This document shows positions 20,894 to 32,955 of a stretch of 46,987 bases of DNA, in pieces. Below the pieces are notes generated by a model. That model saw only the letters and a list, made by a program, of their open reading frames with translations. It was not told where the DNA came from and made no database searches. Source of the stretch: a virus (Duplodnaviria > Heunggongvirae > Uroviricota > Caudoviricetes); IMG/VR virus record IMGVR_UViG_2526164667_000034. One strand, given 5' to 3'. Both the position numbers and the translations under genes were made by a program. Numbering within the stretch: the first letter of the stretch is position 1; each line of letters opens with the position of its first letter.

Positions 20894-22110
20894 GGCTGTG
20901 TATATCCTGCCGGGGTAGCTCCAGCGATAATGTTGCCAGATTTATCTCTCACTTCGCGCAACGGCAAGAACGCTGGGCGTTTCTTGTTGCGAGCCTCCCA
21001 GTGCTTCTCAAGTCCACGAATTTGCTCCATGCCAACTATAGGGATCTGACCGGGGTCTTGCGCTGCAGTATCAGCCAGCATTGATACCTGAAGGTTATAC
21101 AAACGCTGTGGATCCATTGCTTTTGCAATATGTCCTTCGACACGCTCAATGTCATCAATGAACCAGCGTTTTCCATAAACCGGGATGAGGGGGATATGCT
21201 CACCAGGAATACGTCGAGGTTTCTCAAGGAAACCATCACCATCCACTACGGATACATACACACGACGGCGCTTCACTGAGCGCCTTGCCACTTCCTGAAA
21301 TCCAGCTATTGCCAGTTCATCTTCAATATCTTCAACCTGATCACTGTCGTATGTTGCAATCTCTCCAGTGATTGGATGTCGATAACTGATGACGTCAACA
21401 GACTCTTTACGAACTTCGTAATACTTCGCTATGTAAATAACATCTGCATCAAACCAGTCATATTCCCAACTGGTCATAGACGTTACATCCAGAGAAGCAG
21501 GAGGTTTCTTTCCGTATTCAGCCTCATATTTTTCAGGTGACAACGAATACATGCAGAACGCCCACAACGCGTCAGATTTGTCGTACTTCTTAGCGTCAGG
21601 GTCAAACCACACAGAGCGCGACGGGTCGTATATTGGTTCAATAGCAATACGCTGACGATCGTCCATGGGGTCGTATTCATTGACCAGCATCGACGTCAAA
21701 CGGAAGCAACCGAAACCACCAGTAGCAGCGTCGTCAAATGCATTATCGCAAGCCTCACCGCCATCGGTTTCTTCGTAGTCAGCACGGAACAGACCATTTA
21801 ATTTATTGGCTAACTCTTCGCTTGCCTCTCTGTCACCAGGACGAAACTTAACAGTGATTCTGTTATTGCGGTATTCTGCAATGATGCGGTTAAGTTCAGT
21901 TGCTACCTTATTGATTTCAAACTTAGGATACTTCTCGAACTGCTCATCAAGCTTAGTTCCAGCCGCCGTTGCTCCTTCCCATTGACCTCCGGGGACACGA
22001 GCAAACCTCGTAGCTTCAATGCACTTTTCGCGCACTTCCTGCTGTGGAGAATAGGCGCGGTCAAACCTGAGCATGATCCGCTCATGTTTTTTCTCTAATG
22101 TCTCTGCCAT
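20894..22110 (-). pseudogene. Portal protein, N-terminal fragment (gene interrupted by IS629-like element)
   Basis: Track ORF 20659..22182; start trimmed to MAETLEKKHERIML. The C-terminal 78 residues of the track ORF (PEPPRVPGECF...) are translated IS sequence. Body aligns to P22/Sf6 portal. Confidence 0.8.
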
Positions 22111-22112
22111 GT

Positions 22113-23525
22113 TTACCAACCGGAGGATGAGGGAACGTATATTTCTGTTTCTTCGCGGACCAATGCCGGGCAATGCATACACATCATCAGCGCATCAGCC
22201 AGGTTAGGAGATGGGATACCGAGCTTCTGCTTCATTTCGACCTTAGTCATAAGCTCCAGCTTCCCGTTATTATTGAATTTGCGCTGAATCTGCGTCAGTT
22301 CTGCAAACAGCTTCTCCAGCATCTTCTCGCCTATCGCTTCTTTGTCGAAGCTCAGCATGTCGTCGGGGTCTGCATACTCACCGTGGACAACCGCCCGATA
22401 TGTCAGATACAGCCTGTCAGCCAGCGCGTAATAGAATTGCGCTCGCTTATTGCGGAATACATCGCCAATAGTGCGAACGTTGTCGCCCTGTACGACTTCA
22501 TCAGCCCATGCTCCGGCCTGATAAGGCCCATCTTCATCGAATGGCGATTCGCTGCCCTTGAACATCGTGGCGGTAATTTTCTTGCCGGAGAATGCTTCCG
22601 TTGTCTGTCTGCGTAGGCCCGCACCGACGCCATCACCGTCCCACAGGTAATGGTCAGCGCCGTCTTCAATCGCCAGCGAAGTAGCCCAGTCAGCACCCTC
22701 GTTGATGTCCATCAGCAGACCTTCGGCAATGCGCTTAACTACCGAACCGTGACGCGATGCATAACCTTTAGCATCTGGCCCTGTATCTGATGGGTCATGC
22801 GCAGAAACAACCGCACCTTTCGCTTTCCACCCGAGTTTCGTGTGCGCATCGGTTGCGGCTTCAAGCCATTCACGTTTGATGATTGCCATATCACTTGCGC
22901 TTACCGGCTCACCAAGCCAGATGTGACGATACAGTGTCGGATTTCTGCGTTTACACTCTTCCATCTCCAGACGGAGGACTTCAGGAAAATGCGGGTTGTC
23001 GGTGTAGTTCACCGTCAGCAGGCAAATATCATCGGGAGGATTTACGACGAATCGCTGATAGGTATCGTCGAGGATGTTTTTCGGGTTGAAACTTACCCAT
23101 ATTTCAGAGAACGGCTTACGGATGGTTGGAATCAGGATATCCCACGATTCCTTCGTTACCGCTTCCGCTTCTTCCACCCAGCAGATATCAATGCCTTCGA
23201 GCGATTTAATCTTCGTCGGGTTGTTTTTGATGCCGTAGAACATGAATTCAGCATTCGTTCCGAGATGACGAATCATTGAACGCTGAATTTCAAACTCAGC
23301 CGAATACCCTTCACGCTCGATGGTGTCTTCAAGCAACCTGATTACCGAATCGCTGATACTGTTTTGCAGCTCACGAGCGCAAAGAATACGCACAGGCTGC
23401 CGACGCGCCGCTTCAACAAGAAGCCTCGCAATTGCCCATGACTTACCGCTACCTCGACCGCCTTTAGCGACTTTGTAGCGATGCGCCTCAATGAACGGTT
23501 CAAAGATAGGATTAATCGAGGTCAT
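22113..23525 (-). CDS. terL: Terminase large subunit (Sf6 gp2-like)
   Basis: 470-aa ORF with Walker A (KGGRGSGKS) and C-terminal nuclease region; upstream of portal, downstream of terS. Confidence 0.9.
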   Translation of the reverse strand: MTSINPIFEPFIEAHRYKVAKGGRGSGKSWAIARLLVEAARRQPVRILCARELQNSISDSVIRLLEDTIEREGYSAEFEIQRSMIRHLGTNAEFMFYGIKNNPTKIKSLEGIDICWVEEAEAVTKESWDILIPTIRKPFSEIWVSFNPKNILDDTYQRFVVNPPDDICLLTVNYTDNPHFPEVLRLEMEECKRRNPTLYRHIWLGEPVSASDMAIIKREWLEAATDAHTKLGWKAKGAVVSAHDPSDTGPDAKGYASRHGSVVKRIAEGLLMDINEGADWATSLAIEDGADHYLWDGDGVGAGLRRQTTEAFSGKKITATMFKGSESPFDEDGPYQAGAWADEVVQGDNVRTIGDVFRNKRAQFYYALADRLYLTYRAVVHGEYADPDDMLSFDKEAIGEKMLEKLFAELTQIQRKFNNNGKLELMTKVEMKQKLGIPSPNLADALMMCMHCPALVREETEIYVPSSSGW

Positions 23526-23947
23526 TTTCCGAATAGAGTGCTCATCGGTGATGTTTCAATCTGGATTGCGCCGCCGTCTTTGCCGACAAGCTCGTTAGTT
23601 ACCTTGTCGCCATACTTACGGGGATTCATTCGGGCCAGCGCCCATTTGCGGGTATCAACGCGAAGTCTTGCCTTTGCCACCTCGGCGGCATCAGGGATTA
23701 CGTCGTCAGCAATTTCGAATATCTCTTCGAAAATAGAGTCGGCCCGAGTCTCTGTTGCCTTCGCGTACTGGTCACGAAACTCCTGATGTTCAGCCAGCCA
23801 GCGAAAAACTGATGTTTTGCTCGGCATTCCTGGGCGTTCGCAAACTTTGCGCAGACTCTCACCGGAGGAAAGCAATGCGCAAATGTCATTAGCCACCTCC
23901 GGCATATAATCAGAGGGGCGACCACCTTTCTTTTTCTCAGTCGCCAT
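23522..23947 (-). CDS. terS: Terminase small subunit (Sf6 gp1-like)
   Basis: 141-aa MATEKKKGGRPSDYMPEVANDICALLSSGESLRKVCERPGMPSKTSVFRWLAEH..., recalled as highly similar to Sf6 gp1. Confidence 0.85.
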   Translation of the reverse strand: MATEKKKGGRPSDYMPEVANDICALLSSGESLRKVCERPGMPSKTSVFRWLAEHQEFRDQYAKATETRADSIFEEIFEIADDVIPDAAEVAKARLRVDTRKWALARMNPRKYGDKVTNELVGKDGGAIQIETSPMSTLFGK

Positions 23948-24026
23948 ATTGATTATTTCCCTTCTGCTTGCTTATCCCATTCATCGCGGAATTTGGATGG
24001 GTTGTCGAAACCTTGAGTTGCCATGT

Positions 24027-24269
24027 TTACGCTCCGGTAGTGAACAGGTCTAACGCTTCCTTCGATTTACGCACCGCTTCGATTGTGCGGGTCGTGATAT
24101 CTGAATTAGCGCCACCTGACTGGAAGTGAATTTTGAATAGCTCAAGCTTCAGCTCGTCAGTGCCAATGAACTGAAATGCTTCCTCCGCGGCTGCGTTCTG
24201 GTTCATGACCAGTTTGTAAATCTCTAACTGGAATTTCTGTTCTTCAGTCATGGGAATAATCTCTGCCAT
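24027..24269 (-). CDS. Hypothetical phage protein
   Basis: 80-aa ORF upstream of terS; no family recognised. Confidence 0.45.
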   Translation of the reverse strand: MAEIIPMTEEQKFQLEIYKLVMNQNAAAEEAFQFIGTDELKLELFKIHFQSGGANSDITTRTIEAVRKSKEALDLFTTGA

Positions 24270-24372
24270 TGTTGGCTCCGTTTATCCGTTAAAAGGGATA
24301 TCAGTTAAGTTATCCCGTGTAGGGTATAAGCCATTATCAAAGCCACTCAGTAAGGAATGGCTTTTGTAATAA

Positions 24373-24744
24373 CTACTGTTCGCTTAGCTTCTGCTTCAGC
24401 AAGTAACCTTCGAGCATCCAGATTTTGTTTACAGCATTCTGCCGGGCAATCTTCCGACCAATTTCTGCATCAAAATTTTCCTGACTTGCACAGGCACTCT
24501 CTCCGGTGACGGTGAAGCCGTTGCGCAGCACCAGGACGCAGAACGTCAGCAGAGAAAGTGATTCGTGCGACTGGTAGTTTACCTCTCCGCCAGTATGTTT
24601 CGCTTTTATGGCTTTGCCAAAGGCACCATCCTCTGCTGTGAAATATGCCTCCTGAGCAATAATTCCTTCGATATGGTCTGGCGTAACTCGCGGTGCCGTT
24701 TTGCCTTTCTCAACGATTTCTTTTTCGATTTGCTGGTCGTTCAT
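24373..24744 (-). CDS. Conserved hypothetical phage protein
   Basis: 123-aa ORF between lysis and packaging modules; no family recognised. Confidence 0.5.
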   Translation of the reverse strand: MNDQQIEKEIVEKGKTAPRVTPDHIEGIIAQEAYFTAEDGAFGKAIKAKHTGGEVNYQSHESLSLLTFCVLVLRNGFTVTGESACASQENFDAEIGRKIARQNAVNKIWMLEGYLLKQKLSEQ

Positions 24745-25027
24745 AATTATGACCCTGTAGAGTGGTTGCTTGATTAGGATGTCTTTCCATCAGTTCGCCA
24801 CCACAAAGAATCTTTTTTGCCATAAGGCTGGAGGTTCATCTTTCAGTGGCTGCCAGTGTTATTTCCCCACTTACTGGCTTGGGTTGTTTCGCGGTACTGC
24901 CGTAACTGGTGGTGCACAGATTTAGTTAAATCTGTTCTCGCCTGAACTATCTTTTACATACCCGGATTGTGGGGATGTAAATCACGGTTTCATTATCAAG
25001 CCCACCCGTAGATGGGCTTTGGAATGG

Positions 25028-27459
<2,432 letters not shown>

Positions 27460-27651
27460 CAACCACCATGTCCCGGAAATCGAGATTAGCCAATTGATGA
27501 TTCATAGCGTCTTTACCTTTTAGAAAGTGAGCCTGTCTCACAGAAAAGCCGCCCCGAGATGGTCGCCACCATATACGGCAGTTCTCAGGCTCAACTTTCT
27601 GAAAGGCTCGGGTGATGTAATATGCGCGTGAGATGCGCTGTGAAATTCAGA

Positions 27652-27680
27652 TGTAAAAAAAGCCCCGCATCGCGAGGCTC
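27652..27680 (-). terminator. Rho-independent terminator downstream of lysis operon
   Basis: Hairpin GCCTCGCGATGCGGGGC (one G-U pair) followed by a 7-8 U run on the minus strand, just after the Rz stop. Confidence 0.6.
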
Positions 27681-27710
27681 ATTAAATGGACTTTGTGATT
27701 TGCAAAAAAA

Positions 27711-28148
27711 TTATTTCAGGCACTGAGTCCTGATGTACTCCTGCAGGTAGTTAACCTGCGCGGTTATCCTGTCGATTCCACTTCGGAGACGGTAATAATT
27801 GAGTTCAGCATCTGCTGTAAGTCTTGGGCTTTCTCCATCGCCCATGCTGCTGGCTCCGGTCGTTGACTTTGCACAGGTGGCGGCGACTTGCAGGCGCTTA
27901 CGACCAGCAGAAACATCAGCACGAAGGCTTTCGATAGTAGCGTTAGCATCAGCAAGCTCCTTTGTGTATCTGGCGTCGAGTTCTGCTACATCACGTTGAC
28001 GCTTCTGCATATCAGCGATGATGGATGTGGCTTTATCGCGCTGCTCTTTGTAGGTCATGGCGTTATCACGGTAATGATTAACAGCCCATGACAGGCAGAC
28101 GATGATGCAGATAACCAGAGCGGAGATAATCGCGGTGACTCTGCTCAT
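27711..28148 (-). CDS. Rz: Spanin, inner-membrane subunit Rz
   Basis: 145-aa ORF with N-terminal TM and coiled coil, downstream of endolysin; lambda-type lysis cassette. Confidence 0.85.
   Translation of the reverse strand: MSRVTAIISALVICIIVCLSWAVNHYRDNAMTYKEQRDKATSIIADMQKRQRDVAELDARYTKELADANATIESLRADVSAGRKRLQVAATCAKSTTGASSMGDGESPRLTADAELNYYRLRSGIDRITAQVNYLQEYIRTQCLK
27764..27955 (-). CDS. Rz1: Spanin, outer-membrane lipoprotein subunit Rz1 (embedded in Rz, +1 frame)
   Basis: 63-aa ORF entirely inside Rz; lipobox LVVSAC followed by a Pro-rich segment. Confidence 0.75.
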   Translation of the reverse strand: MLMLTLLSKAFVLMFLLVVSACKSPPPVQSQRPEPAAWAMEKAQDLQQMLNSIITVSEVESTG

Positions 28149-28621
28149 ACCTCAATCTCTCTGACCGTTCCGCCCGCTTCTTTGAATTTTGCAATCAGGC
28201 TGTCAGCCTTATGCTCGAACTGACCATAACCAGCGCCCGGCAGTGAAGCCCAGATATTGCTGCAACGGTCGATTGCCTGACGAATATCACCGCGATCAAT
28301 CATCGGCAAAGCGCCACGCTCTTTAATCTGCTGCAGCGCAACAGCGTCCTGGCTTTTGGGAGAGAAGTCTTTCAGGCCAAGCTGCTTACGATAGGCATCC
28401 CACCAACGGGAAAGAAGCTGGTAACGTCCGGCGGCTGTTGATTTGAGTTTTGGGTTTAGCGTGACAAGTTTGCGAGGATGATCGGAGTAATCAGTGAATA
28501 GCTCTCCGCCAACAATGACGTCATAACCATGATTTCTGGTTTTCTGCCGTCCATTATCTGTTCCCTCTGACCACGCCAGCATATCGAGGAACGCCTTGCG
28601 TTGATTATTGATTTCCACCAT
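28145..28621 (-). CDS. R: Endolysin, lambda R-type lytic transglycosylase
   Basis: 158 aa [39 protein letters not shown]..., recalled as near-identical to lambda R. Confidence 0.95.
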   Translation of the reverse strand: MVEINNQRKAFLDMLAWSEGTDNGRQKTRNHGYDVIVGGELFTDYSDHPRKLVTLNPKLKSTAAGRYQLLSRWWDAYRKQLGLKDFSPKSQDAVALQQIKERGALPMIDRGDIRQAIDRCSNIWASLPGAGYGQFEHKADSLIAKFKEAGGTVREIEV

Positions 28622-28928
28622 CTTCTACTCCGGCTTTTTTAGCAGCGAAGCGTTTGATAAGCGAACCAATCGAGTCAGTACCGATGTAGCCGATGAACAC
28701 GCTCGTTATATAAGCGAGATTGCTACTTAGTCCGGCGAAGTCGAGAAGGTCACGAATGAACCAGGCGATAATGGCACACATCGTTGCGTCGATTACTGTT
28801 TTTGTAAACGCACCGCCATTATATCTGCCGCGAAGGTACGCCATTGCAAACGCAAGGATTGCCCCGATGCCTTGTTCCTTTGCCGCGAGAATAGCGGCTA
28901 ACAGGTCATGTTTTTCTGGCATCTTCAT
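28605..28928 (-). CDS. S: Holin, lambda S-type (dual-start MKM motif)
   Basis: 107 aa [41 protein letters not shown]..., recalled as near-identical to lambda S107/S105. Confidence 0.95.
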   Translation of the reverse strand: MKMPEKHDLLAAILAAKEQGIGAILAFAMAYLRGRYNGGAFTKTVIDATMCAIIAWFIRDLLDFAGLSSNLAYITSVFIGYIGTDSIGSLIKRFAAKKAGVEDGGNQ

Positions 28929-29732
28929 GTCTTACCCCCAGAAGGGGATCTGTTCAAATTAGGAATTATGGATATGGTCGCTTGAACAAATCCGGGTTAC
29001 GGTTGATTTGTAACGGGTTTGTTCGTGACCGCATTCATGAGCAAATCAGGCGTGGATTGCGCCAACAATACATGCCGCTCATATCACGAAGCCCAGCCAT
29101 TGATGCTGGGTTTTCTTTTTTAAAGCGTACTAGACAACCGTATCCACAGAGTGTCAGCAATGAGTTGGTTAGGTCTGGTTCTTGGTGGAAGTACGCTTTA
29201 AAAAATGGGCTGAGGGTGTAGCACAAAATACTGAGTGAATGGTAAGGATGAACAACGGTTTTGCTCTGGGTGGATTTGGCTGTGGTGGCCGGCGCTGATC
29301 TCCGGCTTGTATACAGGCACCTTGTTCTTCCGAAGCTCTCCTGCGCGCATCAGCCTGCGCATTCACCACACCGGAAAGAGCACTCAGTTGTACCGGCCAG
29401 TTGTGCCACTAAGAAATGCTTTCGCAGACCGTTAAGCTCTTTGCCAGTTCTTTAATGCTCTTACCTGTTGTGTGCCCATTATTAATCACACCGGGCCAGT
29501 GCGCCGAATTTGTTTACAAGGAGTCGGAAGACTTTGCTGACTTACAGGCTATTACGCCGCCATCAGAACAACATCATCGTTTGCATTTATCTTTGTGGTC
29601 AGTTTCTAAAAAACCGCAAAGTCGCCAACTCTGACGAAAACTATCGTTGTGCTGCCACAACGATAAGAGCACTCGGTGCATTTAAGCCAAGCCCCATAAG
29701 GGAGAATGCTCTTACCTGTTACACAGATATAA

Positions 29733-29790
29733 AAAATCCCGAAACCGTTATGCAGGCTCTAACTATTACCTGCGAACTGTTTCGGGATTG
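29733..29790 (-). terminator. tR'-like terminator (end of 6S-type pR' leader RNA)
   Basis: Minus-strand sequence ...CCCGAAACAGTTCGCAGG...GCCTGCATAACGGTTTCGGGATTTTTTAT matches the lambda tR' hairpin plus U-run as recalled. Confidence 0.8.
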
Positions 29791-29929
29791 CATTTTGCAG
29801 ACCTCTCAGCCTGCGATGGTTGGAGTTCCAGACGATACGTCGAAGTGACCAACTAGGCGGAATCGGTAGTAAGCGCCGCCTCTTTTTATCTCACTACCAC
29901 AACGAGCGAATTAACCCATCGTTGGGTCA

Positions 29930-29958
29930 AATTTACCCAACTTTATTCAATAAGTCAA
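29930..29958 (-). promoter_or_regulatory. Late promoter pR' with overlapping qut region
   Basis: Minus strand TTGACT-17 bp-TAAATT, about 45 bp downstream of the Q stop, matching lambda pR' as recalled. Confidence 0.8.
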
Positions 29959-30000
29959 TATCATGCCGTTAATATGTTGCCATCCGTGGCAATCATGCTG

Positions 30001-30624
30001 CTAACGTGTGACCGCGTTCAAAATGTTGTCTGCGATTGACTCTTCCTTGTGGCATTGCACCACCAGAGCGTCATACAGCGGCTTAACAGTGCGTGACCAG
30101 GTGGGTTGAGTAAGGTTTGGGATTAGCATCGTTACAGCGCGATATGCGGCACTTGCTGGCATCCTTGAATAGCCGACGCCTTTGCATCTTCCGCACTCTT
30201 TCTCAACAACTCTCCCCCACTGCTCTGTTTTTGCTATATCAACCGCACGGCCTGTACCGTGACAATCTCTGCATCTTGCGCCCGGCGTCGCGGCACTACG
30301 GCAATAATCCGCATAAGCGAATGTTGCGAGCACTTGCAGTACCTTTGCCTTAGTATTTCCTTCAAGCTTTGCCACGCCACGGTATTTCCCCGATACCTTG
30401 TGTGCAAATTGCATCAGATAGTTGATAGCCTTTTGTTTGTCGTTCTGGCTGAGTTCATGCTTACCGCAGAATGCAGCCATTCCGAATCCGGCTTGTGATT
30501 GCGCCATCCCCATAGCAGCCATCACATCAGTACCGGAAAGAGAGTCAGAAGCCGTAGCCCGTGGTGAGTCACTCATCATCGGGCTTTTTGGCGAATGAAA
30601 TTTAGCTACGCTTTCGAGTCTCAT
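30001..30624 (-). CDS. Q: Late antiterminator Q (lambda-type)
   Basis: 207 aa MRLESVAKFHSPKSPMMSDSPRATASDSLSGTDVMAAMG... with zinc-binding CRDCHG...CGRCKG, recalled as near-identical to lambda Q. Confidence 0.95.
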   Translation of the reverse strand: MRLESVAKFHSPKSPMMSDSPRATASDSLSGTDVMAAMGMAQSQAGFGMAAFCGKHELSQNDKQKAINYLMQFAHKVSGKYRGVAKLEGNTKAKVLQVLATFAYADYCRSAATPGARCRDCHGTGRAVDIAKTEQWGRVVEKECGRCKGVGYSRMPASAAYRAVTMLIPNLTQPTWSRTVKPLYDALVVQCHKEESIADNILNAVTR

Positions 30625-30809
30625 CGTCTTCCCTTTTTGCCTGGCGTGACCATCAGGACGCCGTTAACTATTACGTGACGCTCGCCTTTGCTGTCTCGGT
30701 TGTACTTGAGCACTGTTCCTCTTGCGCAGGAAAGCATCCTTGCCACTTCGGTCTGATTTCCTCGTGTCTGGATAAGAAGCTCTGGTATCGTTTGAATTGT
30801 GGCGTTCAT
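30621..30809 (-). CDS. ninH: NinH-like protein
   Basis: 62-aa ORF with ...GNQTEVAR...RGTV.KY...IVN.VLMV motif shared with lambda NinH; directly upstream of Q. Confidence 0.75.
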   Translation of the reverse strand: MNATIQTIPELLIQTRGNQTEVARMLSCARGTVLKYNRDSKGERHVIVNGVLMVTPGKKGRR

Positions 30810-31168
30810 ACGTTCTCCAGTTCGGTGATTTTTATTCCAAGCCTTCCGCCTGGTACTTTCACTCCACGAATTACGCGAATGTCATCGAATTGCTCGTCGT
30901 CTTCCGCAAATCCGGCGTGGATAAGTGAGTCGAGTAAACCTTTCAGGATGTTATCGAGGTCGCGGCGGCGGGAGTCTGGAACGTCTGCGATTACTTTGAT
31001 GCGGAGTCGTGATTTGGTGAAAATGTCTAACTTGAGTTGGCGGATGATTTTCTGAACGTCTTTTCGGTATTTCTGGCCTTTATCGCTGATGTAGTATTGG
31101 CTTCCCCGTCTTCGCCAGTAGGTATTCACCGACGGCGGGTATGGAAGCACAAACTGATATTCGTTCAT
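30806..31168 (-). CDS. rusA: Holliday-junction resolvase RusA
   Basis: 120-aa ORF; LPYPPSVNTYW, catalytic-region DSRRRDLDNILKGLLD and GGRLGIKITEL resemble E. coli RusA. Confidence 0.85.
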   Translation of the reverse strand: MNEYQFVLPYPPSVNTYWRRRGSQYYISDKGQKYRKDVQKIIRQLKLDIFTKSRLRIKVIADVPDSRRRDLDNILKGLLDSLIHAGFAEDDEQFDDIRVIRGVKVPGGRLGIKITELENV

Positions 31169-31455
31169 GGCTTAATCTTCCCCTCCTTCAGCAGTATCGC
31201 CTGCGTCCTGATCACGCCTTCGAGGTGGTAAAGTCTGGCGTCTTTGTTGTCGAGGTTATGGGTGCGTCGGTCGATTTCATCGTGACACGCGCTACAAGCC
31301 CATGCGCCGATCAGGTCGTCAGGCTTCATTCCCGTTCCGCAAATTCCAGCCATCCGGTAATGTGCCAGAACTGTAGTTTCAGGATTGCCATTGCATATGC
31401 CGTAAATACGTACCTGGCATTCTCTGCCGCGCGCTTCTTTGCGTAGGTTAGCCAT
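31165..31455 (-). CDS. DUF1364/YbcO-like nin-region protein (Cys-rich)
   Basis: 96 aa MANLRKEARGRECQVRIYGICNGNPETTVLAH...CSACHDEIDRRTH, recalled as similar to DLP12 YbcO. Confidence 0.7.
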   Translation of the reverse strand: MANLRKEARGRECQVRIYGICNGNPETTVLAHYRMAGICGTGMKPDDLIGAWACSACHDEIDRRTHNLDNKDARLYHLEGVIRTQAILLKEGKIKP

Positions 31456-31724
31456 TATGGTTCACTCCAGTAATTCTCAATTGCAGCAGCCATTCTCTGC
31501 ATCCACTCAGCCAGCTTTAACGCGGCTTCTCTTTCAGAACCACATTTAGGGAAATCCTTCATTTCCATGCTGGCCTTATATGTTCTGAATGCCAGGTCTC
31601 CGGTAATAACCAGCTCCTGATCAAGCACCGAGCGTTTATTCCGGTGTTGAACGTAATAGACAGATTCAGTCCGCATTTCTTCTCTGTCTTTTTTGAAGGA
31701 AATAAGCTCAGAGAAATCACTCAT
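31455..31724 (-). CDS. Hypothetical nin-region protein
   Basis: 89-aa ORF tightly packed between neighbours; no family recognised. Confidence 0.5.
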   Translation of the reverse strand: MSDFSELISFKKDREEMRTESVYYVQHRNKRSVLDQELVITGDLAFRTYKASMEMKDFPKCGSEREAALKLAEWMQRMAAAIENYWSEP

Positions 31725-31893
31725 CGTCTTCTTCCTCGTACATTGAGCTATTCGGATCGCTCATCAGTTCTGCGCAGCAGTACTCACACACGTGAACTTC
31801 CAGCACATGCAGCTTCTGACCGCAGTTAGCGCACGTTAAAGCCCGCTCGACGCTTTCTTTCTGGTATTGAATGGATTGGGATGGGCTAAGCAT
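31717..31893 (-). CDS. ninF: NinF-like small zinc-ribbon protein
   Basis: Hand-translated 58 aa, below the track threshold: [58 protein letters not shown]. Start overlaps upstream stop (TAATG). Coordinates +/-2 nt. Confidence 0.6.
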   Translation of the reverse strand: MLSPSQSIQYQKESVERALTCANCGQKLHVLEVHVCEYCCAELMSDPNSSMYEEEDDE

Positions 31894-32258
31894 TATTGGA
31901 TTCTCTGCATCATGAGAAAGACAATCATGGCGGCTCGGAGGGGATTTTCATGTATAGCTCGCTTAGATTTACAGTAGGCCACACCGCGTGCACCCCACTC
32001 ATCTTCATCGAGATTGATAATGCTAATCCTGTATTTTTCAATAATCGGCCATGCGTCTGCTGGGTTTGCGCATGGGTTAAAGGAACCGCGCTCAACTTCT
32101 ACTTCAACTGCGTCTCCGTTTACAATGTCTCCCTCAAATGAGACAAACACCATCGCGCCATTCTCACCTTCTTTGTAATCCGGTGATCCGTTATGAATGG
32201 CTTCGAATACCGCCACGTTAATTTCAAAATCACTTAACTGTGAATAATCCATTGTCAT
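31893..32258 (-). CDS. Hypothetical nin-region protein
   Basis: Track ORF 31893..32294 (GTG); start trimmed to MTMDYSQL, whose ATG overlaps the ninE stop (ATGA). Confidence 0.55.
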   Translation of the reverse strand: MTMDYSQLSDFEINVAVFEAIHNGSPDYKEGENGAMVFVSFEGDIVNGDAVEVEVERGSFNPCANPADAWPIIEKYRISIINLDEDEWGARGVAYCKSKRAIHENPLRAAMIVFLMMQRIQ

Positions 32259-32431
32259 TTCCTCGCACGATGTCTTAGCCACCGGATATCCCACAGGTGA
32301 GCCGTGTAATTGAAGGTTTTTACGTCAGATTCTTTTGGGATTGGCTTGCGTTTATTTCTGTAGCGTTTCGTTGGAAGGTATTTGCAGTTTTCGCAGATGA
32401 TGTCGGTGAAACTTCGTCGCTGTCGCCTCAT
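32255..32431 (-). CDS. ninE: NinE
   Basis: [58 protein letters not shown], recalled as near-identical to lambda NinE. Track ORF extends to 32521. Confidence 0.85.
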   Translation of the reverse strand: MRRQRRSFTDIICENCKYLPTKRYRNKRKPIPKESDVKTFNYTAHLWDIRWLRHRARK

Positions 32432-32955
32432 GCCGCCCTCCTGACGCCCTGCCCGATCGCCATCAATGCCGCTTTGGATACGGTAGTAAACATCCGTCGA
32501 GGACTGATGAACGGTCGCCAAATCAGCAGCATGGAGCCTTTACTGTTTCCCTTCTTCTCCAGCCCTGTCGATGGTTCGATAAAATTAATCCGTCCATCAG
32601 TGATAATGCGAACTTCGTCAACACTCTCCAGAGCCTTGCTGAACCATCCGACAGACATATCCTCTGGCACAAGCATCACTACCGTCTGTCGCTGTTGTAT
32701 GCACTGCTCAGCGGCTTTTTCCACCCACGGCCTGATATTGCTGTACGGTGGGTTATTCCAGATTGCACCGTGGCTTATCCACTCAGAATTGAGTGCGTCG
32801 TCGGCCTCAGTTAGCCAGTGAGCGCACAGAGCATTTTTGTCGCTCGCAGCTGAATCCAGCCAGAATCCAAACTCAATATCCAGCGCATCAAAAAGCCAAA
32901 GCGGCGTTTGCCAGCAGTCCTTGTCGTGTGCTGGTGTATTTGATTTGATAGTCAT
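32428..32955 (-). CDS. Phage DNA N6-adenine methyltransferase (orphan Dam-like)
   Basis: 175-aa ORF with catalytic motif NPPYS and a C-terminal AdoMet-binding-like region; occupies the ninC/ninD slot. Confidence 0.8.
   Translation of the reverse strand: MTIKSNTPAHDKDCWQTPLWLFDALDIEFGFWLDSAASDKNALCAHWLTEADDALNSEWISHGAIWNNPPYSNIRPWVEKAAEQCIQQRQTVVMLVPEDMSVGWFSKALESVDEVRIITDGRINFIEPSTGLEKKGNSKGSMLLIWRPFISPRRMFTTVSKAALMAIGQGVRRAA

Noticed and set aside
24745-25027. Intergenic region between orf123 and rha with a short hairpin (AGCCCA...TGGGCT)
   Set aside because: Stem is only 6 bp with no U-run; insufficient to call a terminator or RNA gene.
28929-29848. Track ORFs in the tR'-to-S interval (28982..29221, 29035..29226, 29169..29369, 29235..29435, 29261..29455, 29416..29634, 29510..29848), and possible stx or tRNA cargo there
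   Set aside because: Mutually overlapping, no RBS, low-complexity translations, and no tRNA T-arm consensus on either strand; region treated as non-coding.
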